This document shows positions 1 to 7,907 of a stretch of DNA of 64,000 nt, one piece after another. The position numbers and the translations under genes were made by a program. The first letter of the stretch is position 1; every line of letters begins with the position of its first letter. This DNA is from Verrucomicrobia bacterium UBA3841. GTDB lineage: Bacteria > Verrucomicrobiota > Kiritimatiellia > RFP12 > UBA1067. The notes beneath the pieces were generated by a model. It worked only from the letters and a program-made list of their open reading frames with translations, made no database searches and was not told the origin of the DNA. Where the stretch lies: contig DGHT01000022.1 in NCBI GenBank assembly GCA_002392765.1, positions 1,324-65,323 on the forward strand, given 5' to 3'.

Positions 1-328
1 GAAAGCCGATGTTCTCATCATTACCCTTTCTTTACTCCCGTCTTTATGCCCGTTCTGATTATATATCCCCCGGACCGCAGGGGAGCCGCGCAGAGGAGAG
101 GTTCAGCCGACGCCCCCCGAGCAATTCGCGAAGGCGACGGCCGAGACGGCACCCCGCATTGAGCACACCTCTAGCGAAATTGCTTCGCAATTCTCACTCC
201 GTTCGGGGGATACCGACTTCGTCGACTTCGGCCTTTGGCCTCGGGGGATATGTTCCCCCAGTAAGCCGTTCCCCGTTCTGAACGACCGGGACGGTCGTTC
301 CCCCAGTAGGCTGTTCACTATTCCCCGC
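1..328. repeat. Repeat-rich non-coding region downstream of umuC (palindromic-element debris)
   Basis: ORFs 9..281 and 103..318 are R/S/P-rich shadows. Contains palindrome aattgcTTCgcaatt (178-192; GCGAAGC on the other strand), gggggatacc (205-214; reverse of the GGTATCCCCC boundary at 14738 and 22994), cgacttcg x2 (214-230) and an 8-bp-stem hairpin gaacgacc/ggtcgttc (280-300). Confidence 0.4.
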
Positions 329-1705
329 CTATCTCACTGTCATCAACTCGTCCCAGCGGGTGGTGACGCGCTTGGAAAGCTTACCGCGCTTCATCTTCCA
401 GGCTTTATCCCCGATCCCCTCGCCGGCGGAGAAAACCTTTCCTTTGCCGAAGCGGGCGTTGAGCGAGTCGATGGCCTTGTAGAGTTTTGAGGGATGAGGG
501 ATGGGGGATGAGGGATGAGAGAAGAGGTCGAGTTGCTTCGGGGCGTCAGCCTTTTCCAGCCCAAAGAACACCACGCCCGTCTTGCGGTACTTCGTACCGG
601 GCAGGAAAAGAGCGGGAATCGCCGGACGCAGAGCCTTCATCATTTCGTTCGTGGCGTCCGTAGGCTCCGGGAAAGCGACGCTCCTGATCCGCAAGTCGGC
701 CTCGCCTCCGGCCCCCGGCGGACGCCAGCCGTCCGGTCCCCTGGACTTCCCCCCGGAGCGGAAAATCTGCGCGTAAATATTGCACCCCGCCGCGAACAAT
801 CCGTGTCTGCGCAGCTTAACGGCCGCTTGCGCCGTGAACGATGCTATGGATTCCTCCAGACCTTCGAGCGATCCGACCGGCTCGCCGAAAGAGCGCGAAC
901 AGCTGATGCTGTCGGGATCGGCGTCGTAGTCCTTGTCCTCGTTGCACGGCGTACCGCGCAGCTCTGTCGCGGTGCGCAGGAGCGTCACGCCGCCGATCGA
1001 CCGGATGACGTCGTCGCGGGCGTCCCGCAGGTCTTTCGCCGAGAATATCTGTTCGGCGCGAAGTTTCACGACAAGCCGGCGTCCTACTCCCCATACTTCG
1101 CCGGCTGGAAGCGATGCAAGGACGTCCGTTGGATCGTCGGGAAGGACGAACACGCCCTCTGGACGCTTCTTGGCGATGTGGTCGGCTATCTTGGCGAGCG
1201 TCTTGGTCGGCGCGAAACCGATCCCGCAGGGAAGCCCGATCCAGCGGAGTATCTTGCTTCTGAGCCTTCGGCCATAAGCAAAATACGGGGAATGGGGAAC
1301 GGGGAACGGGGAACGGAAAGAGAAATCGGCGTCTTCTTTTCGCTCTTCCCTCTTCCCTATTCCCTCTAACGCCTCCGGCGACGGAGGCGTTATAAACGCT
1401 TCGTCTATGGAATATTGTTCTACGTCCAGCGCTTCGTCTCGGAGAATCGAGATAAGACGTCTGGACATATCGCCGTAGAGTTCGTAGTTGGACGAGCAGA
1501 AAACAAGCTCTCCCGACGCCTCGCGGTTCTTGAGCTGGAAGTACGGAGTGCCCATCGCGATTCCCAAAGCCTTGAATTCGTCAGACCGCGCGACGCAGCA
1601 TCCGTCGTTGTTCGAGAGGACTGCGACGGGGCGTCCCGCGAGCGAGCGGTTGAACACCCGTTCGCACGAGACGAAGCAGTTGTTGACATCGACGAGGCCG
1701 ATCAT
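329..1705 (-). CDS. umuC: Y-family translesion DNA polymerase V catalytic subunit UmuC
   Basis: MIGLVDVNNCFVSCERVF..VLSNNDGC, SIDEAF, PTKTLAKIA and C-terminal WKMKRGKLSKRVTTRWDELMTVR align with E. coli UmuC landmarks. Start overlaps the umuD stop (ATGA). Carries two in-frame microrepeat insertions. Confidence 0.9.
   Translation of the reverse strand: MIGLVDVNNCFVSCERVFNRSLAGRPVAVLSNNDGCCVARSDEFKALGIAMGTPYFQLKNREASGELVFCSSNYELYGDMSRRLISILRDEALDVEQYSIDEAFITPPSPEALEGIGKREERKEDADFSFRSPFPVPHSPYFAYGRRLRSKILRWIGLPCGIGFAPTKTLAKIADHIAKKRPEGVFVLPDDPTDVLASLPAGEVWGVGRRLVVKLRAEQIFSAKDLRDARDDVIRSIGGVTLLRTATELRGTPCNEDKDYDADPDSISCSRSFGEPVGSLEGLEESIASFTAQAAVKLRRHGLFAAGCNIYAQIFRSGGKSRGPDGWRPPGAGGEADLRIRSVAFPEPTDATNEMMKALRPAIPALFLPGTKYRKTGVVFFGLEKADAPKQLDLFSHPSSPIPHPSKLYKAIDSLNARFGKGKVFSAGEGIGDKAWKMKRGKLSKRVTTRWDELMTVR
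489..516. repeat. Degenerate heptamer array (GAGGGAT/GGGGGAT x4) inside umuC
   Basis: gagggat gagggat gggggat gagggat. Read on the minus strand as SHPSSPIPHPS in a UmuC linker. Confidence 0.9.
1287..1366. repeat. Composite microrepeat insert inside umuC: GGGGAAY x4, spacer, CTMTTCC x3
   Basis: ggggaat ggggaac ggggaac ggggaac (1287-1314), then ctcttcc ctcttcc ctattcc (1343-1363). The arms can pair imperfectly (gggaa/ttccc). Corresponds to about 25 extra residues (..GKREERKEDADFSFRSPFPVPHSP..) relative to E. coli UmuC between SIDEAF and TKTLAK. Confidence 0.85.
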
Positions 1706-2166
1706 TCAACCGAGGGATTGGGGATGCGGGATGAGGGATGCGAGAAGATGTGGATGCAAGCCGTTACTTTCCCGAAGTAATCCAGCTCTTGTCCAGGCTT
1801 GAGTTTAATGACGGGGAACGCTGGATTCGCGGGTTCGAGCCAGACTTCCCTTTCCCCCTCTTTCCTCTTCCCCCTTCCCTCTTCCCTCTCTGCTTTTACG
1901 CGCAGCGTCTTCACGGTGAAATCGCCGTCCACGCAGGCGATGATGACATCTCCGGACGCCGGACGCAGCGAGCGGTCGACTACGAGCAGGTCGCCGTCGC
2001 GGATGCCCCTGCCAATCATCGAGTCGCCCTGGACGCGGACGAAAAACGTCGCCGCCGGACGCTTGACAAGAAGCTCGTTAAGGTCGAGCGGCGTTTCCCG
2101 GTACTGCTCCGCCGGCGACGGGAAACCCGCGACGACCGACCCCGACAATTTCGATTTCGACTGCAT
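1702..2166 (-). CDS. umuD: UmuD-like S24 peptidase (Pol V accessory subunit)
   Basis: No HTH domain. VVAG/FPSPAEQY cleavage-site context, GDSM serine and FTVKTL lysine motifs as in UmuD/LexA C-terminal domain. ATG at 2166 (MQSKSK..). Purine-rich in-frame insert AEREEGRGKRKEGE. Confidence 0.85.
   Translation of the reverse strand: MQSKSKLSGSVVAGFPSPAEQYRETPLDLNELLVKRPAATFFVRVQGDSMIGRGIRDGDLLVVDRSLRPASGDVIIACVDGDFTVKTLRVKAEREEGRGKRKEGEREVWLEPANPAFPVIKLKPGQELDYFGKVTACIHIFSHPSSRIPNPSVE
1713..1740. repeat. Degenerate heptamer array (NNGGGAT x4) at the umuD/umuC junction
   Basis: gagggat tggggat gcgggat gagggat. Encodes the UmuD C-terminal tail SHPSSRIPNPS in the same frame as the umuC array. Confidence 0.9.
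1845..1892. repeat. Pyrimidine-rich CTTCCCY-type microrepeat tract inside umuD
   Basis: cttccctttccccctctttcctcttcccccttccctcttccctctctg. Minus-strand translation KAEREEGRGKRKEGEREVW sits between the conserved FTVK and L.P.N motifs. Confidence 0.8.
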
Positions 2167-2167
2167 T

Positions 2168-2572
2168 TCAGGATCTCCTGGAATTATTTTTCGAACCGTC
2201 CCGCGCCTGTGCGAAGGCCATCGCCCTCTCAATCCACGCCATAAGAAAATCGACTATCCCGGCTTGGCGTTCCGCAGGGATTTCCTCACCCTCCGGAACT
2301 TTCCACCACTTGGCGAGGCATCCGCGGCAGCAGCAGGCGCAGGCATGCTGGGCCTTGAACACGGGGTGTCCCCGCATCGGAGTCTGCCTGCCGTCTTTGG
2401 GTGGATTGGAAGGAGCCAGGCGTGTACGTATGAAGTCTTCGCAATGGGTGCGGATCGTCGCCATCCCCTTGGCTGCGATGTATTCAACATCCTCCTGCGA
2501 CAGACGGAAACGGGAGCGGAATTTCGACTTTGCCAACCGCGCAAATGCTGAATCGTATCTTTTCCCGTCCAT
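2168..2572 (-). CDS. DUF4186-family protein
   Basis: ..DGRQTPMRGHPVFKAQHACACCCRGCLAKWW.. matches my recollection of the DUF4186 core (NDGxQTPxxGHPVFxAQHATATCCRGCLxKWH). Start taken at MDGKRY (2572). Ends 1 nt before the umuD start. Confidence 0.6.
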   Translation of the reverse strand: MDGKRYDSAFARLAKSKFRSRFRLSQEDVEYIAAKGMATIRTHCEDFIRTRLAPSNPPKDGRQTPMRGHPVFKAQHACACCCRGCLAKWWKVPEGEEIPAERQAGIVDFLMAWIERAMAFAQARDGSKNNSRRS

Positions 2573-2615
2573 TTCCGCTCCCGTCTTGACGCCGCCCGCC
2601 ACGGCGGCCTCCCGT

Positions 2616-4535
2616 CTAATCGAGGAAAATGAGCGGCACGCCGTCCCACACCGGATCCGGCGACTCCACGATCTTGAGTGCGCGTTCCTCGATCATCCTT
2701 TCGTAATCCGAATCGTCGTACTCGAGAAGTTCGTCCGGCCGGTCGGGTTCGATCTCAAGCTGCCGCATTGTGGTCTGGGCTATCCGCTTGAACACCGGGC
2801 CCGCCGAGTTGCCTCCCTGGTGGAATTTGCGGCACTCTTCGAAGTCGAGCGTCACGAGGATGACGACCTTGGGCGGCACCGGCTCGGGATCGGTCTCTTC
2901 CCTCTTCACCACGCCGGAAGGGACGATTCCGCAGAACGTCGCCCTGTACAGCCCAGGAGCGTAAGACCTGCCTTTCACTTTCTGCGCCGTTCCCGTCTTC
3001 CCCGCCACCGAATACCCCCTCAGCGCGGCGCGTCTTGCGGTGCCCGCCGGCGACGCCACTCCGAGCATCATCTTTCGCACCGTTCGCGCGCTTTCCGTCC
3101 TGAGCACGCGCACCGGAACGCGCTTGTCGCCGAGAGGCAGCGATCTTCCGTTTTCGTCCATTATCCTGTCCACTATTTTCGCCGGCATCCGCACGCCGTC
3201 GTTGGCGATGGCTTGATATGCGGATACGAGCTGGAGAGCCGTGACCGACACTCCCTGCCCTATCGCCGCCCTTGAGCGCGTGGCCATATCCCATTTTTCC
3301 GGTACGCGCAGGAGGCCGCGCTCCTCGCCCGGCAGTTCTATCCCCGTTTTCCGGCCGAAACCGAACTTCATCATCCATTCGTGGAGGACGCGCGGGCCCA
3401 TCTCGTAGCCGAGCTTGCCTATGACGATGTTCGAAGAGTGGACTATGGCGTCCTCGACCGTCATCGTCGGCTCCCATACGTGGCTTCCGTCGCCGGGCAG
3501 TTTGTAGTATTTCGGTTCGCCCCTGCAATCCTTCTCGTACCGGTCCGTGTTGTACCTCGTGTTCGGAGCGGCATACCCTTTTTCGATCGCGATCGCCGCC
3601 GTGATCACCTTCATAACGCTCCCCGGCTCGTACGTGAACGATATCGCCTTGTTCGGATAGTCGTTGGTGGACGAAAGGGTGTAGTGCGCGGGGTCGAATC
3701 CCGGAGTGGCGGCCATGGCCAGGACGTTCCCGGTGGCGACGTCCATGACTATGCACCATCCGTTTTCGGCTCCGTACTGTTCCACGCCGTCCGCAAGCGC
3801 CGTCTCCGCCTCGTACTGTATGCGATGGTCGATCGTAAGGTAGATGTCGGCCCCTTTTACGGGAAGAGTCTTTTCAATCCTCTTTTCGACGATTTCCCGC
3901 TTGCCGCGCCCGCCGCTGCGCATGCCTTTGATCGCCCCCGGGATCCCGCGCAGGAGCGTGTTGAAGCGCTGCTCTATGCCGTACGACCCCTCGTTGTTCC
4001 TGTTGACGAATCCGAGGACGTTCGACAGTCTGCTGCCTTCGAAATAATGTCTCTCGCTCGTCTCCTTGGCGATAACGCCGGCGACCAGGTGCGGGTTTGT
4101 CAATATCTCGAACGCGCGCCTGTCGCTGGAGCATTTCAAAAACCTGTACCTGTTGGAAATATCCTTCGTATACGCCAGCACCTTGCCGTAATCCATGTCG
4201 AGCACCTGCGCGATGGTGCGGGCCATCGCCTCGCGCGAACGCGGTTTCTCGCGCTTGAATTTGACGACACCGTTCGTCATGGCCACCGGGTCGAGATAGA
4301 AATTCCAGCATTGCGTCGATTTCACCAGCGGATAGGGGGCCAAGGTGCTCGAATTCACCGTGCAATCGTAAATCGTCCCGCGCGTGGTGGCGAGCGTTTC
4401 GTAATAATTGTAGTTGGGCGGCTCTTCGACCTTGGCGAAATGGGACCGGATGAATTTCTGGCTGGTGTAGCCCGCGAATGCCAGAAGAGCGGCCTCCGCG
4501 AACCAAAAACGGATATTCACACCCCGCAAACGCAT
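2616..4535 (-). CDS. ftsI: Class B penicillin-binding protein (FtsI-type transpeptidase)
   Basis: N-terminal membrane anchor, SVMK (SxxK), SSN and KTGTA motifs. Located after ftsL-like in the dcw cluster. Confidence 0.85.
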   Translation of the reverse strand: MRLRGVNIRFWFAEAALLAFAGYTSQKFIRSHFAKVEEPPNYNYYETLATTRGTIYDCTVNSSTLAPYPLVKSTQCWNFYLDPVAMTNGVVKFKREKPRSREAMARTIAQVLDMDYGKVLAYTKDISNRYRFLKCSSDRRAFEILTNPHLVAGVIAKETSERHYFEGSRLSNVLGFVNRNNEGSYGIEQRFNTLLRGIPGAIKGMRSGGRGKREIVEKRIEKTLPVKGADIYLTIDHRIQYEAETALADGVEQYGAENGWCIVMDVATGNVLAMAATPGFDPAHYTLSSTNDYPNKAISFTYEPGSVMKVITAAIAIEKGYAAPNTRYNTDRYEKDCRGEPKYYKLPGDGSHVWEPTMTVEDAIVHSSNIVIGKLGYEMGPRVLHEWMMKFGFGRKTGIELPGEERGLLRVPEKWDMATRSRAAIGQGVSVTALQLVSAYQAIANDGVRMPAKIVDRIMDENGRSLPLGDKRVPVRVLRTESARTVRKMMLGVASPAGTARRAALRGYSVAGKTGTAQKVKGRSYAPGLYRATFCGIVPSGVVKREETDPEPVPPKVVILVTLDFEECRKFHQGGNSAGPVFKRIAQTTMRQLEIEPDRPDELLEYDDSDYERMIEERALKIVESPDPVWDGVPLIFLD

Positions 4536-4558
4536 TCCGATCCCTCGTACGGCGGGAA

Positions 4559-4984
4559 TCAGCGTCTTCTTCTGCGCTGCGCCGAAACGGGCGTCGCGAC
4601 ACCGGCGGTAGCCGCGTTGGAGTAGCGCTCGCGGGCGAGAGCAACGGACGGCTGTCCGGGAAGCGCCCTGCCGTGCGCGTTGATCCTGATCAACTGTTTC
4701 GGATCCGTGGTGTACAACGCAAGCCCCCGCTTGAAGACGGCCTGATCAAGATTTTCGGATGCGCGCATGGCGTCCCACTTCGCGGCGGCGCGGTCGAGAT
4801 CGACCTCGCACTGCCTCAGCCGCGCGTCTTTGGCTTCGAGATTCTTGACCAGCTGGTTGCAGCTGGACGAAGCCAGGACGTTCAATATGACCGCAACGAA
4901 CACGACCGCAATCACCGCGCCGAGACGGAACGTGTGCGAGAGCATTCTCGAATAGCGTTTGGATCTCTTGTAATTCCCTTTCAT
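4559..4984 (-). CDS. ftsL: FtsL-like cell-division protein
   Basis: Small bitopic protein (TM LGAVIAVVFVAVILNVLA followed by coiled coil) between rsmH and ftsI. Start MKGNYK at 4984 overlaps the rsmH stop (ATGA) with GGAGG 7 nt upstream. Confidence 0.55.
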   Translation of the reverse strand: MKGNYKRSKRYSRMLSHTFRLGAVIAVVFVAVILNVLASSSCNQLVKNLEAKDARLRQCEVDLDRAAAKWDAMRASENLDQAVFKRGLALYTTDPKQLIRINAHGRALPGQPSVALARERYSNAATAGVATPVSAQRRRRR

Positions 4985-5916
4985 CGGCATACCTCCGTTT
5001 TTTCGACCGCCCGGAGTTTCGCACTCCTCGATCTTGGATTCAAATCCTTTTCCCGTTCCGTCGCCGTCACGGGATGCCTGAACATCAGGCGCACCCTGGG
5101 CCTTTCGCCAACCCACTTTTCGCCGCCCGCCTGGAGCGATTCGTATCTTCCCGCGTGAGCGGCGAATTTCCTCTTTACGATTCTGTCGGTTATCGACTCG
5201 AACGTTATCACCGCGAAACGCCCGCCGGCCGCAAGAAGCGAAAGCCCCCCTTCCAGCGCCCTTTCCAATTCCCCGACTTCGTCGTTCACATACATCCTCA
5301 AGGCCTGGAACACGCGAGTGGCGGGATGTTTGCCGCCGCTCCTTCCGACCGTCTTCTCCACGAACGCGGCGAGCTCCGCCGTCGACTCGAACGGCTTTGC
5401 GTCCCTCGCGCGCACTATCGCATCCGCCAGCCTCCTCGCCCGCGGCTCTTCGCCCAGCTCGCGGAATATCCTCTCCAGCCCGCCCGCGGAAAATCCATTC
5501 ACCACCGCCGCAGCCGTGAGTCCCTGGAATCGGTCCATACGCATGTCAAGGGGTCCATCCCTGAGAAAACTGAAACCCCGTCCGCCCTCATCAAGCTGAG
5601 GAGACGACACGCCCAGATCCAGAAGGATCCCGTCCGCTTTTTCCCAACCTTTTTCATTTGCAATCCTTTCAATGTCGCCGTGGTTTCCCCTGGCCAGCGT
5701 CAGTCTGCCGGCCCCGGCGCATCCCGCCGCGATCTTCTTTTCCACCTCTTCCAGCGCCTGGCTGTCGCGGTCTATCCCCAGTACGCTTCCGCCGCGCGCG
5801 GCTATCTCCAGAGCATGCCCTGCGCGGCCGAGCGTGCCGTCTACATATCTCCCGCCGTCTTTGACGTCGAGCGCCTTCATTGTCTCTTCGAGAAGAACCG
5901 GAACGTGATTTCCCAT
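4981..5916 (-). CDS. rsmH: 16S rRNA (cytosine1402-N4)-methyltransferase RsmH/MraW
   Basis: HVPVLLEE..DGTLGRAGHA..LLDLGVSSPQLD..GFSF motifs. Position after mraZ. Confidence 0.9.
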   Translation of the reverse strand: MGNHVPVLLEETMKALDVKDGGRYVDGTLGRAGHALEIAARGGSVLGIDRDSQALEEVEKKIAAGCAGAGRLTLARGNHGDIERIANEKGWEKADGILLDLGVSSPQLDEGGRGFSFLRDGPLDMRMDRFQGLTAAAVVNGFSAGGLERIFRELGEEPRARRLADAIVRARDAKPFESTAELAAFVEKTVGRSGGKHPATRVFQALRMYVNDEVGELERALEGGLSLLAAGGRFAVITFESITDRIVKRKFAAHAGRYESLQAGGEKWVGERPRVRLMFRHPVTATEREKDLNPRSRSAKLRAVEKTEVCR

Positions 5917-5931
5917 ATCCCGGCCCTCCCG

Positions 5932-6417
5932 TCAGAAACCTGCGACCGCCAGCGCTTCGCGCAGCGCCGCCTGGTCGACCGTCGCCGCGGGAGCCAGCGC
6001 CGCCGGATCCCACAACTTTATCATACGAACCGCACCAAGCATCGCGACCGTCGTCGTCAAGTTCGCAAACTGAAGGAGCTTGTCGCTGATGCGAATGCGG
6101 CCCTGTCCGTCAACAGCGGGCATTTCCGAGTTGGAGCCGATCGTTTGAAGAACTTGATTCAGCGCCGGATCAAAAAGCGCCTTCTCGCGTAACTTCGCCA
6201 GACGGGACTCCATTTCGATCGCCGGAATGATGTCTATGCATTTATCCGTTGGATCGGCCATCACGTAGACGAACTGCGGATCTCCCATCATTGCGCGCCA
6301 TTCGCGAGGAATGGTGAAACGCTTTTTGGGGTCCAGGTTGTGGTCGTAACGGCCTACAAAACCGCTACCCGCAACTTTAGTCGACTCCGCGACACTCTGT
6401 GTGCCCTCTTTTGACAT
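5932..6417 (-). CDS. mraZ: Transcriptional regulator MraZ
   Basis: FVGRYDHNLDPKKRFTIPREWR and a second DGQGRIRISDKL repeat (duplicated SpoVT/AbrB-like halves). First gene of the dcw cluster. Confidence 0.9.
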   Translation of the reverse strand: MSKEGTQSVAESTKVAGSGFVGRYDHNLDPKKRFTIPREWRAMMGDPQFVYVMADPTDKCIDIIPAIEMESRLAKLREKALFDPALNQVLQTIGSNSEMPAVDGQGRIRISDKLLQFANLTTTVAMLGAVRMIKLWDPAALAPAATVDQAALREALAVAGF

Positions 6418-6461
6418 TTCTTGCCACTATTATACACTTTCTGACACGACTTTGCAATAAA

Positions 6462-6506
6462 AAAATTCCATGAAACACATAATTAAGTAAAATATCATGG
6501 AATTTT
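6462..6506. promoter_or_regulatory. AT-rich mraZ upstream region with perfect 12-bp inverted repeat
   Basis: aaaattccatga (6462-6473) and tcatggaatttt (6495-6506) separated by 21 bp, within a markedly AT-rich stretch 6420-6560 upstream of mraZ. Confidence 0.4.
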
Positions 6507-6551
6507 ATAATTTTGATTATTTATATGATGTTGCAAGAATAAATGCAAATG

Positions 6552-6589
6552 TGTGGTATTTTTCTCTCGCAGAGGCGCAGAAATGGCGT
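6552..6589. repeat. Left half of dispersed element Y, split by prophage insertion
   Basis: tgtggtatttttctctcgcagaggcgcaga..atggcg matches 60326-60370. Continuity resumes at 39089. Confidence 0.85.
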
Positions 6590-6590
6590 T
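6586..6590. repeat. Target-site duplication, left copy (gcgt or gcgtt)
   Basis: gcgtt at 6586-6590 equals gcgtt at 39089-39093. The uninterrupted paralog has one copy (60368-60372). 4 bp if the phage starts TG at 6590, 5 bp if it starts at 6591. Confidence 0.75.
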
Positions 6591-6790
6591 GATTTATGCA
6601 ATGAGATTTGAGAAAGTGCGAAAAAGTGAGAATTTCCGCGAGATTGTGAGATTACCCCCGTTTCTACGGGGCTTTTCTCATTTTAGGCGCGGCGCGCGAT
6701 CCGCGCGATCGGCCGCCGGGCAAATTGAGAATCGCGGCGGGCGGATGGCCGCTGAAATTGACAAAGTATCAAATTGTTGAGAATATCAAC
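6590..6790. repeat. Prophage left end: terminal inverted repeat and subterminal GAGAAT repeats
   Basis: TGatttatGCAATGaGATTTGAGAAAG matches the reverse complement of the right end. GAGAAT/GAGATT cores at about 6628, 6648, 6727 and 6779 are candidate transposase-binding sites. Confidence 0.7.
6656..6684 (+). terminator. Putative intrinsic terminator facing into the prophage left end
   Basis: ccccg-tttcta-cgggg hairpin followed by cttttctcatttt. Would block host read-in. Confidence 0.4.
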
Positions 6791-7024
6791 TTGCCTTGAC
6801 ATGGAGTTTGCAAGGTAAAAGAAAGCCCCCTGCAAGTGGATTGCAGGGGGCTTGAATTGTTTATTCAGGGCGTCTATTTTTTCACGCGCCTTTATCATCC
6901 GATCGGCCTCCTGTGCCTCTCGTGTCCACCATGCCCGAGCCTCGGCAGAAGTGGCGGTTTGGGAAAAAAGCTCGGCCTCTTTGCGGAGGTGATACAACCC
7001 TGCTAGAGTGACTTCAATCGGCAT
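6683..7024 (-). CDS. Hypothetical protein, last gene of the early operon (C-terminus uncertain)
   Basis: The N-terminal roughly 55 aa look like a real coiled-coil sequence. The 3' half reads through a 13-bp-stem hairpin, so the true end is doubtful. Confidence 0.35.
   Translation of the reverse strand: MPIEVTLAGLYHLRKEAELFSQTATSAEARAWWTREAQEADRMIKAREKIDALNKQFKPPAIHLQGAFFYLANSMSRQVDILNNLILCQFQRPSARRDSQFARRPIARIARRA
6813..6853 (-). terminator. Putative intrinsic terminator of the early operon
   Basis: aagccccctgcaa-gtgga-ttgcagggggctt perfect 13-bp stem (6823-6853), followed on the minus strand by ttctttta. Confidence 0.5.
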
Positions 7025-7475
7025 GGCGGCGGAGGTGCGTCTTGAGCATGGCGAGGAGGCGGCGGAGCTGCGGGTTTGTGAGGTCGAGCCAGCCGGAGTC
7101 GGTGGCTAGGCGGGCAGCAAGTGTGGGCTGGTCGTAGCCGCGCACCGTGTGCGACTGGATCATCACGCCCGCCACGTAGTTGAGCGCGTTGTCCGGCGCT
7201 ATCTCCAATGCCGCCTCCATTATCAGGTGGCGGATGCGCGCAGTCGTGGCAAGGGAGTACTTGATGGCGGCTAAATCGTCGCCGGCGTCGCGGCTTATGC
7301 GCGCCATGAGCTTGTCATAGCCGGCCGTGGACGAAACCTGTGAAAGGTGTTCGACGCCAAGCTCTTCCTTGAGTATCCGCTTGCGATAGACTTCCGGATC
7401 TTCACCGGCCTCGAATGCGGCCGGGCGAATCATCCTGAATAGTGCCTTGCGTTGATTAGGTGTCATAGGAGTCAT
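7014..7475 (-). CDS. GemA/Mu gp16-like protein (DUF1018-like)
   Basis: QRKALFRMI...DPEVYRKRILKEELGVEHLSQVS..YDKLMARI resembles the gp16 family pattern. Sits at the distal end of the early region as in Mu. Confidence 0.45.
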   Translation of the reverse strand: MTPMTPNQRKALFRMIRPAAFEAGEDPEVYRKRILKEELGVEHLSQVSSTAGYDKLMARISRDAGDDLAAIKYSLATTARIRHLIMEAALEIAPDNALNYVAGVMIQSHTVRGYDQPTLAARLATDSGWLDLTNPQLRRLLAMLKTHLRRHAD

Positions 7476-7825
7476 GATCTGTCCTCCAGTTGGAATGTCT
7501 GTTGAGTCGGCAGCGGCGAACCGTGCTTGGCCTCGACGAGCGCGGCATCGAACGCGGCCGCGGCCTCCTTCAGGGCCGTAAACGCCGACACCGTCCGGCT
7601 GTGAAAATACGCCTGCTGCGCCTTGCGCATTGCTACGCCGGCGGCATACAATCTATTCATCACAGCCCGCTTGGAATTATACTGCGCCTGGATCGTCTCC
7701 GCCGACTCTGTCGCAGCATTGACTTTCGCCTGCTCCGCCGACAGCTTGATATGCAGATCCTCGACCTCGCGCCGGCTTTCAAGAAGCGCCACGAAATATT
7801 TGCACTCTTTGGGGTCATTGCACAT
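7472..7825 (-). CDS. Hypothetical coiled-coil protein
   Basis: Start chosen at MCNDPKECKYF (7825). The longer track ORF to 8092 overlaps the ASCH gene and is R/P-rich. Confidence 0.45.
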   Translation of the reverse strand: MCNDPKECKYFVALLESRREVEDLHIKLSAEQAKVNAATESAETIQAQYNSKRAVMNRLYAAGVAMRKAQQAYFHSRTVSAFTALKEAAAAFDAALVEAKHGSPLPTQQTFQLEDRS

Positions 7826-7907
7826 TGCGGACCTCGCTTTCTGCTTTCTTGGCCTTGCGGGTGGCATTGGCCTTGACGGCTGCCAGATGCCGCTTGTGCT
7901 TAGGCAT
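7815..7907 (-). CDS. Possible 30-aa basic peptide
   Basis: AAGGAGGTGCCAAATG start context. MPKHKRHLAAVKANATRKAKKAESEVRNVQ. Its stop overlaps the next start. Confidence 0.25.
   Translation of the reverse strand: MPKHKRHLAAVKANATRKAKKAESEVRNVQ

Noticed and set aside
6553-6780. 75-aa plus-strand ORF spanning the host/prophage junction
   Set aside because: It crosses the transposon terminus and the TIR/terminator region. There is no RBS. It is better explained as non-coding end sequence.
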